A DNA stretch of 63,483 nucleotides, filler included, from Phoronis australis (taxonomy: Eukaryota > Animalia > Phoronida): NCBI GenBank assembly GCA_002633005.1. It is 8 parts of 8 records of this genome, joined end to end, with 100 filler letters (N's around TTAATTAATTAA, not from the genome) between each part and the next. Parts side by side here need not be neighbours in the genome. Positions count along the whole stretch, not along the records: positions 18,053 to 28,108 come from NMRA01001772.1; positions 28,209 to 34,972 come from NMRA01002118.1; positions 35,073 to 59,304 come from NMRA01000412.1; 5 more parts are not named here. The stretch is one strand, 5' to 3'. Below are positions 24,672 through 37,833 of the stretch, one piece after another. The translations under genes were made by a program, and so were the position numbers. How positions within the stretch are numbered: the first letter of the stretch is position 1; each line of letters begins with the position of its first letter. The notes beneath the pieces were generated by a model. It ran no database searches. It was not told the origin of the DNA and saw only the letters and a list, made by a program, of their open reading frames with translations.

Positions 24672-27157
24672 TCAATCCATTTGCAAAATGATTTCTGTCA
24701 AATGACTGTCACTGATTTGCTCTTCATTGCACAGCCCCATCGCGACGCTCAGCTTAATTGCTAGAACATGCTTGCACTGGAAAATCGCCACAAAATAAAT
24801 TTCAAAACTTTGGTCACCTACCCATGAAATTTACGATCACAGAATTATATAATTATTTAAAAAAATATTCTTTATGAATGTATCTATTTAAGCCCTTTCC
24901 TCACTAATGTCAACAGGACAATGTCTAGGAGAGCATTAGTCAGTGGGAGTGCTTAATCTAGAAGATCTCTATGCAGATCGTCAACTTTTTGATACTGTAG
25001 GAATGCTTAACTTAGTTTCATCACAATTATCTTCTGATGTCGTCAACAGACGAGTTGTGACAAAAATTAGTGAATAATAATCAGCATTCTACTACAAAAA
25101 GCATTGCGTTTCAGTTATCCGAATGTGTACTGGACGTCATATTTAAAAATTAAGACATTACTGAACATTTATAATAATGATAACTAGCCTAGATGGACAT
25201 TAGAAAGGCAGATTAAACCAAAAAAAAGAATTGCCGTTGACCTCTCTCATTGATAAAAACATATCTGACTAGTTTCATAAAGACCCATCAAGGGACTTGT
25301 CTAAAAACCAAACAGAAACATATCGCCACTAGGTGACACAGCAGTAGCTCAGTTTGACAAATGTCCTCATTCATCGTTATGTTCTTCGGAACGCACTTTC
25401 CCAACTTCATAAAGATCTTGTTCATGAGATGCAATTGTGGTCAACAGACACACGCAAGATGGACAGACGAACAATAGAAGTGGTGGCAAGACGCACCCAC
25501 ATAATGTTTGTTTAATATGTGGACACATAAATGGGGTAACTCACACAGTCGTTACTTAATAAATTACCATGATGCAGTCATTCCTCTGTAATACGGAATA
25601 CCTATAGGCCAGACAGGTACAGTAGTCGGAATACTGGAGACAGGTGTATGGGGTACCAGTGCTGCCTGTTACCTGCAATTAACATCTGATGAGAAAAAGG
25701 CTGGCAACTGAAATTTTGAATACCATATCTACGGAATACCTAATTCAATGTGTGATGTTAAAATTTAAACAGTGTAAAACAACGCATGTGTACCTTAACC
25801 CTGAAGGTTTCATAACAATACACTTACAAAAATTTTACATTTTACTTATCGCATCATATTCTAAGTTTCAAAAAATTTTCACTAGGAAAATCTAAAAAAT
25901 GGCAGTGAAAGAGTTACCATGGCTACACCACAGATTGGATAGAGAACAGCAAGTGCTTATGCACTTAGACTTGCCACCGCAGTATATCTATTTCAGTTTG
26001 ACATTGACTAGTTTGATTTGACATAATTGTTGATAAATGGGACCCACCTGATAGACAAGCCGACCACTGGGGCTGGAGAGCCTAGTCACACCCTTCTTAT
26101 CTACAATATCCAGTGCTGGAAGTAGGACTGATTGGAACACAAAGCTGAGCCTGAAAGTACACAAAGGTACAAGTACATATAGAGTTTTACATTTTTACAT
26201 TGGGAAGCTTTTATTTTCGATATCTAGAACCCTACTGGGATTTGGAGGAATTATCACCAGACAGGTTCTAACCTGTCACTAAGACATATGACCCTAATTC
26301 CATCAATAATACTAATTTTTCAAAATTCAATTTTTGTAATAACAGAAATTTTAAAACTTTAATGTAATTAAGATAAACCTACTTACGCTGAAAGTAGTTC
26401 TGTTGATACTGAAAACAAAATTGAAAACTTTTACAATTTGCTCAATAGCTATTTTATTAAAGATGCTCAACCTAACTTCATTTGAATTATGTACAACAAC
26501 GTTACAACACTGGTCTCAACTTTTTTCTTACTTGGACAAGAAATAACTTCTTGGCTTGGGAACAAGAAACATTTTGTTACGAATTACAAGGAACCCTCAT
26601 GGGACATTTCTACATTTTCATAGCATAGGAAAATCACTGCAACCAAATCAATTTGTATACAGAGCAGCTTGCTTGGTACTTGTGGATTAGAACTTCATCA
26701 GTGAGCAAACCTAACAAAACTAGGTTTGCTGAAACACAGTCTGGCTGCGGGGGAAAGTTGTCGTTACTGTACAACCTTTCTCTCAATGGGGAAAAGCAGC
26801 TTCACATGCTGAATACATATTAAAGCACTCAAAATTGTTAGTGCCCATAGGCTGTCACTTTGTTTATTGTATCACTGAGAAGTACACTATAGACAGATTG
26901 CCCCATCACTATTGAATTCATTTACACCATGTGAAGAAACAGACGAGCAGGGATCCAATATTTAAAACTCGTGAGGAACTCTTCCCTGTTAGCAATAGCA
27001 AAATGCTAATATTCATTACAATCTTTGTGTAAAACTGACTAACAGTAAAACAACTTTGAACGGTATCTCAGTGGTACAGCCTACTATACTTACGGCACCG
27101 CTCTTTCTCATAAAACAGTTTAACTTCTTCAAACAGCTGGTTAGCCACTTCCTTCAT
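24672..27157 (-). CDS. ZSWIM7: Zinc finger SWIM-type 7 (SWS1, Shu complex), apparently complete, 132 aa; exons 27094-27157, 26387-26408, 26048-26150, 25568-25672, 24672-24776
   Basis: Spliced peptide MKEVANQLFEEVKLFYEKERCL/STELLSA/LSFVFQSVLLPALDIVDKKGVTRLSSPSGRLVYQ/VTGSTGTPYTCLQYSDYCTCLAYRYSVLQRNDCIM/CKHVLAIKLSVAMGLCNEEQISDSHLTEIILQMD*. It has the SWIM CxC...CxH motif and the ALD.VD...SPSGR.VYQV signature. The start codon is slightly uncertain (acceptor at 27178, upstream donor at 27260). Confidence 0.95.
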
Positions 27158-28108
27158 GCGGACGCCCTGTTGTTTAGCTGAAACACATAAATACAACACC
27201 AGATGTACTCTTAATATTTTCAAAACGTTGAGCAGCTTACAGGTTTCAAAATACACTTACTTTGAAAGGTGACTCAAATGTTATCCGTAGTAGTAATAAT
27301 CTTTACTTAATAGTCAGTGAGGTTTAACAATGAAACATAAGCACAAGTGCTATTATCCGACAATTTCAAAAAAAATACAAACTCAAACTAAAGAAACTTA
27401 AACTACAAGCTAATTATACAAGTACAGGTAAAATACAGAACTTTTAACTTAAATACAAAAGTGCGTCTACAAGTTATGGGGGGTGTAAATGCTGTCAGAA
27501 ATGTCCTATGATGAATTTGGACAGGGGGTACTCAACTATATTTTATTTTTTTACAGGGGATGCATGCGAAAAAATAGAAAACAGTCCATTTAGAGATTGA
27601 ACAAGGGATTCATTTGAAGGGGGCTCCAATGAAAAAGTCTTCCTTTTATAAAAGTTTGCTTAAGATTAATATCAATGCTTTCTAATGATTTTTAACCCAT
27701 TAGGAGCTTGAAGCAATGGAAGGATAGATGCCATGTTGTTAAAATGAGCATATTATCTTTTGCAACCAAATTATGATAGGCAAGGTCAAATAAAAACATA
27801 TTTCTCCCGGCTTATTTTGAAACCTCAGACGCACAACTTAAGAAACACCTGCATGCATAATTTCTCGATCTTTCTAAGGCAACACAAATGCATTTCAGCT
27901 AGTTTTTAAGGGGCTCCAACAGTTTTAATTGATTCTTTATATTTTACCAGTCGATTTGACTTTAAATGGGAACGTAACCTTTCGTAGACATTTTTGGACA
28001 ATTTGGCATATTTTGCTTGATCTGAAATGTATTTTGAATCTTTTAGTCGATTTTTTATCAAAACTATATCTACCATATAAAGACCCCTAGCGATTTCTGA
28101 ACTGGGCT

Positions 28109-28208
28109 NNNNNNNNNNNNNNNNNNNNNNNNNNNNNNNNNNNNNNNNNNNNTTAATTAATTAANNNNNNNNNNNNNNNNNNNNNNNNNNNNNNNNNNNN
28201 NNNNNNNN
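28109..28208. other. Artificial contig-joining spacer
   Basis: N44-TTAATTAATTAA-N44. Confidence 0.99.
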
Positions 28209-30599
28209 TAGGATTCTCCCTCCCTCTCACCTAAAATGCACTTTCTTAGTAATTAATGCTAATCTCATAGTTTTGTGCTTTGCAATTCTAAATTGTTTAA
28301 TGTTTTGGGCTTTGGCCAATAACTGTGAAATCATAATGCCACTTGTATCAATCTTTGCTGAAACTCAATATCCTCATTTTTGTTGCTTACTATATTTCAC
28401 AATATCATTAAAGTGTGTATTTTGATGAACTACGCAATTTATGCAATCATTAGAAATTAGCACGCCAATTGCTTTAGATATGTTACATGAAATTATACTC
28501 TCGAAGAACTTGCTTCAAATATTTTTACATCTGTAATAAATTTCATCCACGTACGGTCGACAATTGCAATATTTCCCTCCTTTATATAAACATAGGCGAG
28601 TGTCCTTACATTGTAATTGCAGGCCCATGGTATTCTTACTAGCAGTTTGAGTCTAGAGTCTAGCGAGAGTGTTCAGTGTTTTCATGTAAAATCAACAACA
28701 GAATGCAAATGACCCCGGCAATAATTCCATACTCTCGCCATATATGCCGAGTTAGAGTGTGCTCTTCAAAACTTAAAAAGTATAACGGGCCGTTTTTAAA
28801 ACTCGCACGAAGATTAGCAACGCATGTTAATCAATTGATAGTCCTTAAAATGCTCACGACATCAAAAGTACATTGTATTGAACACGATTATTGCATGCTT
28901 ATTAAAATAGACACGGGGAAATATTACATGTACATATTAAACATTTGAAATATATTGGAAACAACATGAAAAGATGTCATTTACAGAACTCAAGTGTATG
29001 TCACATTTTGTTATACACAAATGAATTCGTGAATATAAAAGATATTTGTATGAAAGTCTGGTTAGCCATGGTCAAAAAGGTGTAAAATGTGCCTGGCCAA
29101 CTATAATGAATATAAAAATACCTCATCTGCAAATGCTATGTGCAATAACACAGACACGATTGTTTAAACTTGAATTGCTTCCCACTTTGAATGATACAAA
29201 ATTTGCCTATCGTCTACTATATATTGTTTTGTGATGACGTATAATAAATATGGACCCCCCTATCATACTTTCAAAAAAATTCCTGGACATTTTTGGGATT
29301 CAGGTACCCAGGTGGGCAATTAAGCACTTAAAATTTTTACAAAATTTTGTGTTAGGATTATTTCCAAATTCTGTATAGGGATTAATTGTTGTGTTACGAC
29401 AACAGTTGCACTAATCGTGTGCTCTAGCCGTGGAGTTGAGAAGGATGGGATTAACCAGTAAAAACTATGAAGTGCTCAGTAATTTACAGAGCTCCTTAAA
29501 TCTGGCCCATTGACTGTTTTTAATTCTGGCATTTTCATTTTTTCGACTGTGTCTAAAACGTCAATATGACATGACAAAATGAACGACCCAAATGGAAAGC
29601 AGTCGGCTACTCAATCTTACGATGACTTAAAATCAGTAATTACACAAAGGGACAGCAAAGAGGTGCAATGCAACAATACAAGACTGAACTGAGGATTGTG
29701 GGAATGACCAGGAAGGCTTTACAGATCTTAACCGAGCTGGTAATGTCTTCATGAAGTCTTCCACATACATGGAAATATGGTATCACATAGTGTCCTGTGA
29801 AACCAACATACTGCCCAAGAGAATGTTGCGTTTAAAGAGCCCGAGTGCAGGCTTGAGGTGAACAGTAGTCAGACAGTTGCCTCACCAATTCAAGAAAAAT
29901 TCTAATGGGAATTGGTGAAAATGAAAAGTCAGTTTGTGGACTGAAGGTTGGTTTGTAGCAGTATTATACAGAATAGGAACTTAATACAACAGTCATCTGC
30001 AAATTATACAGAGCAGGTTCATTTAATTTACAGAACCACATTTACAGTCAACCGAATTAACTTTGCCTACGCAATATGTAATTAAACAGGTCAGTGTTCC
30101 AGGCTTTTTCATCCTAACTCATTGCAAAAGTAAAACATTAAGTATCGAAAAATAAATGCTATTTTGAAATTATTCGGAAGTATTAAGCAACAAAATTGTA
30201 AAAATTACAACTCATGCTATGAACATTCCCACTAAATAAAATTGGTTCTAACCCCAGTGGTTAAGGTAAACGGTGGGGTATGGAAAATTGAACTAGACCG
30301 TATTTATCCACCTTGGCTGAGTCGCGCTCGGCTCACGATCAAAGGGATGCCGCCAAGCTGCTCTAGTCATCGAGTCACGAGCGAGGATAATTGGCTTCGC
30401 TCATGCAGATATGATCAGCTGATTACAATCTAGCTAGCAGACTGTACTTTTTATGGAGAGAGTTTTACGTAGTTTTTACTGTAATATTTGAAAAGAGGAG
30501 CGAAAACAAATATGAGTACAACTTTGAATTTTTTTTTGATCTGCGGCGTGCGCGTATGTGTACAAAACACGTGATTGTTATGTTCCTGAAGTACGAAAA

Positions 30600-30817
30600 T
30601 TAAGAAGGCTTTAGCATGCCGTTAATATTGACAGGGACACGATAAAACGAATTTGGATTTTCACTATAGTCTTGATACAGCGAGCTGGCTGACCCCTGCG
30701 TCAGTGTCTCCGTTAGACCCAGAAATTTCACACAGCCCGGGTAGTTCACCTCGTCCCAAACATGTAGATCGAGCCTTGGACTATTAGTACTCCACGGCAG
30801 AGCTAACGACAGTCGGC
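30600..30817 (-). CDS. Candidate terminal exon of an unidentified gene
   Basis: Acceptor TGTGTGCACAG| is followed by a single open phase-1 frame: (G)RLSLALPWSTNSPRLDLHVWDEVNYPGCVKFLGLTETLTQGSASSLYQDYSENPNSFYRVPVNINGMLKPS*. No family recognised. Confidence 0.35.
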
Positions 30818-30832
30818 CTGTGCACACAAAAN

Positions 30833-32082
30833 TGGTGTATTACAATTGTTTATATAATAATGATGCTTTTGTGGAAATAGTTGTCTAACTCAAAACTGTT
30901 TTGCTCATGCGCTCCAAGGCATTTTTATAATGATTACATGTCGTGAACACATCCACTACCACAAGAAACTGTAGGAACACCGCATTTATCCACCTTCACT
31001 CTTATCAGGCTTCTATTGTGAGTCAGCATGCGTGAATAATTGGCTGATAAGCCACCTCTGGAACTACTTTTGGCTGAATGGATGACCAGGCCATAAAATG
31101 ATAATTAGCCAAGACCAGTTACTATAATGCAGCAAAGAATAATGTCTTGCATCACCTAGCCTTGGTGGAAAGCTGTACACTGTATTGGCTCAAACAAACG
31201 CTTAGAAAAATTCATTTCACGGGGAGGGGACGCTTATTGTAGTGAGCCTACGCAAGGTACCTAAACTACACGGTCAACGGACTTATAAACACGACCCACG
31301 GACCTGCAAACACCGTCCACTGACTCACAAACACGGGAACGGACTCACAAAACACGATCCACGCACCCAAATACACGGGACACGGACTCATATTCACGAG
31401 GAAACACGGTTAACGGACCGCCAAACACGGGTCACGGACTCATCGGCTTCGTGGGTCAGCTGACATCTTCATTTTGTCCGTGACCCGTGTTTGACGGTCT
31501 GTTAACCGTGTTTCCTCGTGAATATGAGTCCGTGTCCCGTGTATTTGGGTGCGTGGATCGTGTTTTGTGAGTCCGTTCCCGTGTTTGTGAGTCAGTGGAC
31601 GGTGTTTTCAGGTCCGTGGGTCGTGTTTATAAGTCCGTTGACCGTGTAGTTTAGGTACCTTGCGTAGGCTCACTACAATAAGCGTCCCCTCCCCGTGAAA
31701 TGAATTTTTCTAAGCGTTTGTTTGAGCCAATACAGTGTACAGCTTTCCACCAAGGCTAGGTGATGCAAGACATTATTCTTTGCTGCATTATAGTAACTGG
31801 TCTTGGCTAATTATCATTTTATGGCCTGGTCATCCATTCAGCCAAAAGTAGTTCCAGAGGTGGCTTATCAGCCAATTATTCACGCATGCTGACTCACAAT
31901 AGAAGCCTGATAAGAGTGAAGGTGGATAAATGCGGTGTTCCTACAGTTTCTTGTGGTAGTGGATGTGTTCACGACATGTAATCATTATAAAAATGCCTTG
32001 GAGCGCATGAGCAAAACAGTTTTGAGTTAGACAACTATTTCCACAAAAGCATCATTATTATATAAACAATTGTAATACACCA
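30833..32082. repeat. Long inverted repeat: 607-bp arms (30833-31439, 31476-32082), 36-nt loop; the inner ~200 bp per arm is a foldback MITE with ~21-bp subrepeats
   Basis: The arms are reverse complements. I found three mismatches, all in the inner AAACACGG..CACGGAC-repeat part. The left arm starts exactly after a single N. Confidence 0.9.
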
Positions 32083-33771
32083 AAACTTTGCGTCTGGCTG
32101 CACATGCAGGAACTATACCATGTCATTCAAGCTGCAAAGCTATCGTTTACGATATTTTCATCGATGACTGAAACTAGCTGTTACTGTGTGTAACCTCGTT
32201 ATAAACAGCAATAATAAAAACACATTTAACTAAAATAATTTACACCTTCTCACAAGGCACGCTACCAAGGTTGGAAATCACATGAGGCGCTATGAAAATT
32301 AAATCATTTGATTATTGCTCCCTCTGGTGATCCATCAGAAAGGTATTTTCGAAAGCGGCTCCCTATAACAGATCTGTACAATGTTCAGTAGTATATCGTC
32401 CACTGTTCTAATCTCGACCGAGCCCAAATCTATGGCATCTGTAAACAATGTACAATAAACTGTAATACGATCAAATGAACATAAACTGGACAGCATGGAA
32501 ATTCAAACAAATTTCGGTGCCCAAAACGGTGATAAAATTTCTACTATTTCTTTACACAACATGTTTCGATTGCAGCAAATTCTTGACAAAATCTCGACAG
32601 ATGTAGTTCCATGTACTTTGTCAACATTGCAACAACTGAGCATTGCGAGTCCATTCACAAATGAATATCTAATTAGTGGCATGGTCACATTAAACAGTCT
32701 GGAAAAAAATTATCCAGGTTTGGCAGAGTTTGATAGAATTCTATCGAAGTTTGTCAAGACTATTTTGAAAGCCTCTAAGTACATATACCATCGATATGTC
32801 TTCCAAATCATCAGTAAATTTAACGAGAACAAAAAGCAACCTGACGCATGCACTGACAGTGGTTTCTTGATTCCATCAGATTCTCACTGTACTCAGTATT
32901 TCAGGGATAGTTTCACACAGAGTGCAGGATTTCACTTTCCATTTGACCATATCTAGTTACAAATGAAAACTCTAGAAATCCACAGAACTATGGGATCGAG
33001 ACAACTCAAATCATTTTGGCTACTTTTTTGATTTTTCCTAATTGGCTTCATCTCTTCAACAAATCTATACCGTAGTTTCGAAACTTGGAACTTAAGGTAC
33101 AGAAATGATGAAGTTTTAATGGCATGCTTGCACTAAAAGTTGTATGTCCAGAACTTAAAAAAACCTGGTAATTTACGACACCAGAAAAGTAAACCGTGTT
33201 TGTTATATGCCAGACCAACAGGGTGAACAAGGTTATTTATCATTGTTTCATGTTTTCTCGTAAAAAATTGTAATTGATAAACTCCCGCATTTGATAGGCT
33301 CAGAGAAACTATTAGTCAAAAATGGAATAACAAGAGACAAATTGGCCTTCGGAACACCTTTTGTAAAATTATTACTTGCAGAGAAAAAGGGCAGAAAAAA
33401 TGATGCCAGTTACAGCTTAACCCACACTTCAAAAGTATTATGGTGGGGAAAAGGCCTATTTTGTGGACTTGACACGAACGATTTATGATTTCAATTAAAA
33501 CTGTCCCATCAAAAACAAAAGAAATAGAAAATAGCTGACATTAGAAAAAGACTGTCACGCAAAATCATCCATTCGAATGAATATTTGCTAACCATCATGT
33601 AAATGCCTTGTAAATTACGGAAACGGAATCTTCGACCTTAGTTGTCCTTGCCTCTTGAAGTGGAAAATAAAAAGGTAAATAAAAAACCTATCTGCAGTTT
33701 GACAAAGAAGCAAATGTTTCAAATAATGAACTTGTATTTTCATAACAAGTCTTTCAAGCCCAGTGACCTAC

Positions 33772-33866
33772 CATAAGATTGACCTCTCAAAAGCACATCC
33801 TCCGTTTTCTTGCCCATCTCAAGTTCTTGGTTAACATCAGCACTTCCGTTACTGCATATCTCAGAC
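33772..33866 (-). CDS. Candidate internal exon of an unidentified gene (phase 2-1)
   Basis: TTTCACTTAG|...TATG|GTAGGT. The only open frame is SEICSNGSADVNQELEMGKKTEDVLLRGQSY, phase-compatible with candidate exons at 32335-32438 and 30600-30817. Confidence 0.3.
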
Positions 33867-34009
33867 CTAAGTGAAATTACGTCAAGAGTCAAAACAATAA
33901 TAAGAGCAACGTGGAGCATTGAAATGCATCCACAAATGCATGGCAAATGGTTTGTTTTTAAGGTACCGTAATTGGTTATTTGTTTCATAAAAATGGTCAC
34001 TAAACAAAC

Positions 34010-34972
34010 AAAACTACCAGTATGTGGCGCCAGAGTAGTCAAAGTCGTCATCATCAACCGTCCTCTTTACACTGAGAACATATACGCCACTTTTCAAAAC
34101 CATCCTTAGAATGATTTGGTTGATAGAGAAGTAGATACCAAAAAGCAGACTCGAAAACAGCAAAAATGGCCACTAACTGGCACAAAGTACCTTGATTCCA
34201 TCCGGAAACGGGAGGATAGCGTCATCTCACCAATAAATTTTTTATGAAGATACAGAGATAAACGTAAAGCTAAAATTGCCACCAGGGGGCATACCAGTAG
34301 TCAGATGCATCCCAAAATCATCGTCGTCTGTTGTCAACATCATATAAACACACTTTTTAAATTTAGTAAAGATCCTGCAAACGGTTTAGGAGANTCTGTT
34401 GTCAACATCATATAAACACACTTTTTAAATTTAGTAAAGATCCTGCAAACGGTTTAGGAGATACAGCCATAGGTGCAAAAAAAAAGAAACTGCCACTAGA
34501 AGACACCAGTAGTCGAAGACATCGGGAAATCATCCTCAGCCGTCCACTTCATAGTAAAAACATACAAGCCAATTTTCACAATTATCCTGAAAGCGGTTTG
34601 GTTGATACAGAGGTGGACGTCAAAAAACAGACTCGAAAACAGTACAAATGGCCACTAAGTGGCGCAAACTACGTCAAATCCATCCGAAAACGCGAGGATG
34701 CCGAAGATACTGAGATTAATGCAAAAAGTAAAACTCCCTATAGGGGGCACAGTGGTGGCCAGATACACACCAAACTCTTTGCCGTTCCCCTGTGATGGGT
34801 TTAGGGATACAGCCACCGAAACTAAATGGCCACAAAGCGTACCATCCAAAACAGGCAGACCCATTCAAAAATTAGAGCAACATGTGCTACATCGTTTCAC
34901 AAGGAATATACTCCGAAATTTTCACAAATATCCTTCAGGCGGATAAACAAATGGATGCCGAAAAGAGACTTA
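34010..34972. repeat. Degenerate tandem/dispersed repeat (~480-bp higher-order unit), non-autonomous TE- or satellite-like
   Basis: TTTGGTTGATA.AGA.GT.GA...CAAAAA.CAGACTCGAAAACAG..AAATGGCCACTAA.TGGC recurs at ~34115 and ~34597; GGTTTAGG.GATACAGCCA recurs at ~34451 and ~34798. Confidence 0.6.
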
Positions 34973-35072
34973 NNNNNNNNNNNNNNNNNNNNNNNNNNNN
35001 NNNNNNNNNNNNNNNNTTAATTAATTAANNNNNNNNNNNNNNNNNNNNNNNNNNNNNNNNNNNNNNNNNNNN
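34973..35072. other. Artificial contig-joining spacer
   Basis: N44-TTAATTAATTAA-N44. Confidence 0.99.
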
Positions 35073-35895
35073 TGGCAGTCATTTGATTTTATAACGACTT
35101 GCAACATTTCAAGGCATGAGTTAAGACTATTCAGTCACTGTGAATTCGGTAAATGTAGTATATTTTCGTGGTTTTACAAATGATACAAGTAGCAAAACAG
35201 TTTCATGAAATCAACTTGAAGGGACTTCGTGAATGTTAAGAATTACCTCACCATGCTTTTTTCCCCAAAACATGTATTACCTGTTATTTCCACACATTCA
35301 GTTGTACCAAATATTACAACCCCCCATGCCAATCCCCCCTTGGGACCTGAATAAGTAATTTAAAAAAATGACTCTAAAAATAGCTGTTCCTTTTCAAAGG
35401 CTTTGTTCGTTGTCTCCAATATTGAAAGTAGGCTTTGACAACAGATCTGCACTGGATGGGAAGATCTTGTTGGTTAGCTGCAGTCAAGTGCTAAAAAACA
35501 ATTTTTGTCCATTCAGGGACGGTGCAGAAGCGATGCATATCTCCTCTGCACGGTACAAGCCTTCAAACCTAAAAGCCAAAGGTTACATGAAAACTGACGT
35601 GATTGATTTCCATTTCAACGTGTAATAGATTTCCAGAAAACATATGATAGGGAGTAAACAAATAGTCTAATGCAATGGATATTTATCACTCACGTACCCT
35701 TTGCCATTGGGATTGGATTATAATCTTCATTAACCTGTATCGAGTTGACAGCATAAACATTCAGCATTGATTGATGTAACTGTCACTGATAAACTTTTAG
35801 AAATCATTCCAAACAACAATAATGCTTTGATGTACGAAAAGATCCCGATTGCTACTTCAAGTATCGTATCACATATCACAACATACAAAGATTAA

Positions 35896-37833
35896 GGTAG
35901 GTGTATACACTGATCAAATCTCCAGGTTCCTAACTAAAATGAGTAAAAAGGGAGTTTTAACTAGTTAGACATGACTCTGAAAGTGACAAAAATCGAAAAA
36001 AAAGTTTTTTTTGTAGTTCGTTTTTTTAAAAAATCGTATTTTACCTCGAATTTTTTTTTTAAATGCACAGGGATCATCATCAACTGTTTCATTACGCAAT
36101 ATTCTACTTATCCATACTTAAAATATGTACAAAATCATTATGATCTTGATTTTGTGGCATTTTTTGTGTGTGAGTTGGGGCAAGCACGCCACTTTTTGTC
36201 ATTTGGTCACTTTCCATGTAATAATTAAAAATCTGGTTCATTTATCAAAAAACCCTGGCACGCGATTTTACTTCAGTCCTAGAGGATTTCAAATTTGCAC
36301 CTTTCGTAAAAATTGACCCACGTGTTGTGGAAAAATAGGCCCGAGAATCTTGTCACTATCCTGAAATCACGAGCCGAGAAAAACGGCTTTGAAGTTAAGC
36401 GGTCATCGATTGCCACTTGAGATCAAATTTCGTTCAGAATGCATGGTCCTTATGTTCCAATTTTTGTTGAAGTACTAGAAATAAAGCTGATATTTACTTC
36501 ATGTTTAGAAAATGTGACATACCTTTTTGTTTACAGCGTAATTTTAATCATTTTTTCGAACTTGTGAAGAACGACAGACGACCAAAACAAATATGGCTGT
36601 CACTTGGGCGGAGCTTAGCGTTGATCTATTGTCTGCTGTACTGGTGTGCCGACCACACATTAAAACCATGTGTTGATTGTTTATACGATTCATCTGAACT
36701 CTCCACTCAGTTTGTAAAAGACTCTCTGACACAGACCTATTTGTTAGTATTCCAATATTATCATCAACCAATATATTAGTTATATCAAATCGCCGCGTTA
36801 CTGCCTACATAACAATGTTGGCGACGAGGATAAAGAATGACTACTTTCATAGTAATGGTTCAACATTTTTACGTGCCTGTACCGAATGGACTTTGGGATA
36901 AGAAAATATCACTTTCTGCTCAAATAGCGCCGCTTGGGTGAGATTCTCAAGTTACTAAAGTTTCGTATATTGCATTCCTGTAAAACCGTATAATATCATG
37001 AGTTTTAATTCATTGTTACGTTTGAATCTATGCACTAGAAAAATTTTTGTTATGTTGAACACTGGGTCATTTCTTTAATTCTTTGGGTTACGGGCAGTGG
37101 CAAGTTAAAAATCCTCTGGGTTTGACAGCCTAGTTTCTCCACGGCGCGTTCCCAGCACAGAAGCACGGTTTATCTGCGAAGACTCTACTGTGACGGCATG
37201 TAGTTGTCCATGTGTCGCGCGCGCGGCTTGTCTTCACAGCGCGTGCATGCACTCTCACCGAATCGTGCAACACCACCCACGTCGACACTTAGCGTCCACT
37301 CGCAAGACACCTGACCTTATATTACCGACTTCTCTTATATATGCACAATTTCTGCACGGACTCCTCAAGCTGAGTGCAATGATGGCGTCGGTAGTGCTTG
37401 GCGTACTCAACTTAATTTTTTTGCAGATAGACAAACAGGCTCAGGCTCGGAACAGGAGCTAGTTCACCATTTCACTACCAACCTTCACATGGTCAAAAAT
37501 ACAATTGTTTTATTTTTGGTCTTGCTACAACACCAATATCAGCTGGTACATCACTCTCGATTGCCCGGTTACGCAATGCTTGTTGACAGGGTTAGATTAG
37601 AGCCAGTGTCCTTGTATATAAGCTCCGCCCCAGTTGTCAATCACTGAGCTGGTTAGCACTCAAGCCATATGACTTACTGAGGCTTGGTCAAATATAGCTA
37701 AAAAAACAACTTTGGATTTTCAGAATGATTTTATTTTTCTTCAGTATACTGTGCATCAAGAGTTAAAGATTAGGATGACATAAAAATGTAAAAAAAACAG
37801 TCAAAATTAATTTTTTTTGTGTATCCACCTACC
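35896..37833. mobile_element. Non-autonomous Kolobok-type DNA transposon, 1938 bp
   Basis: TIRs GGTAGGTGTATACAC / GTGTATCCACCTACC (14/15) flanked by TTAA on both sides (35892-95, 37834-37). Purine-purine termini with a TTAA TSD fit Kolobok rather than piggyBac (CC termini). Confidence 0.8.

Noticed and set aside
32495-32956. 153-aa ORF
   Set aside because: No recognisable domain, no supporting splice or codon pattern, and it overlaps repeat-like sequence; cannot be supported without a search.
33790-33850. ADVNQELEMGKK resembles the DNAJC3/p58IPK N-terminus
   Set aside because: The similarity stops after ~12 residues and no TPR exons follow.
34327-34461. 67-bp exact duplication
   Set aside because: It flanks a single N; an unmerged contig overlap.
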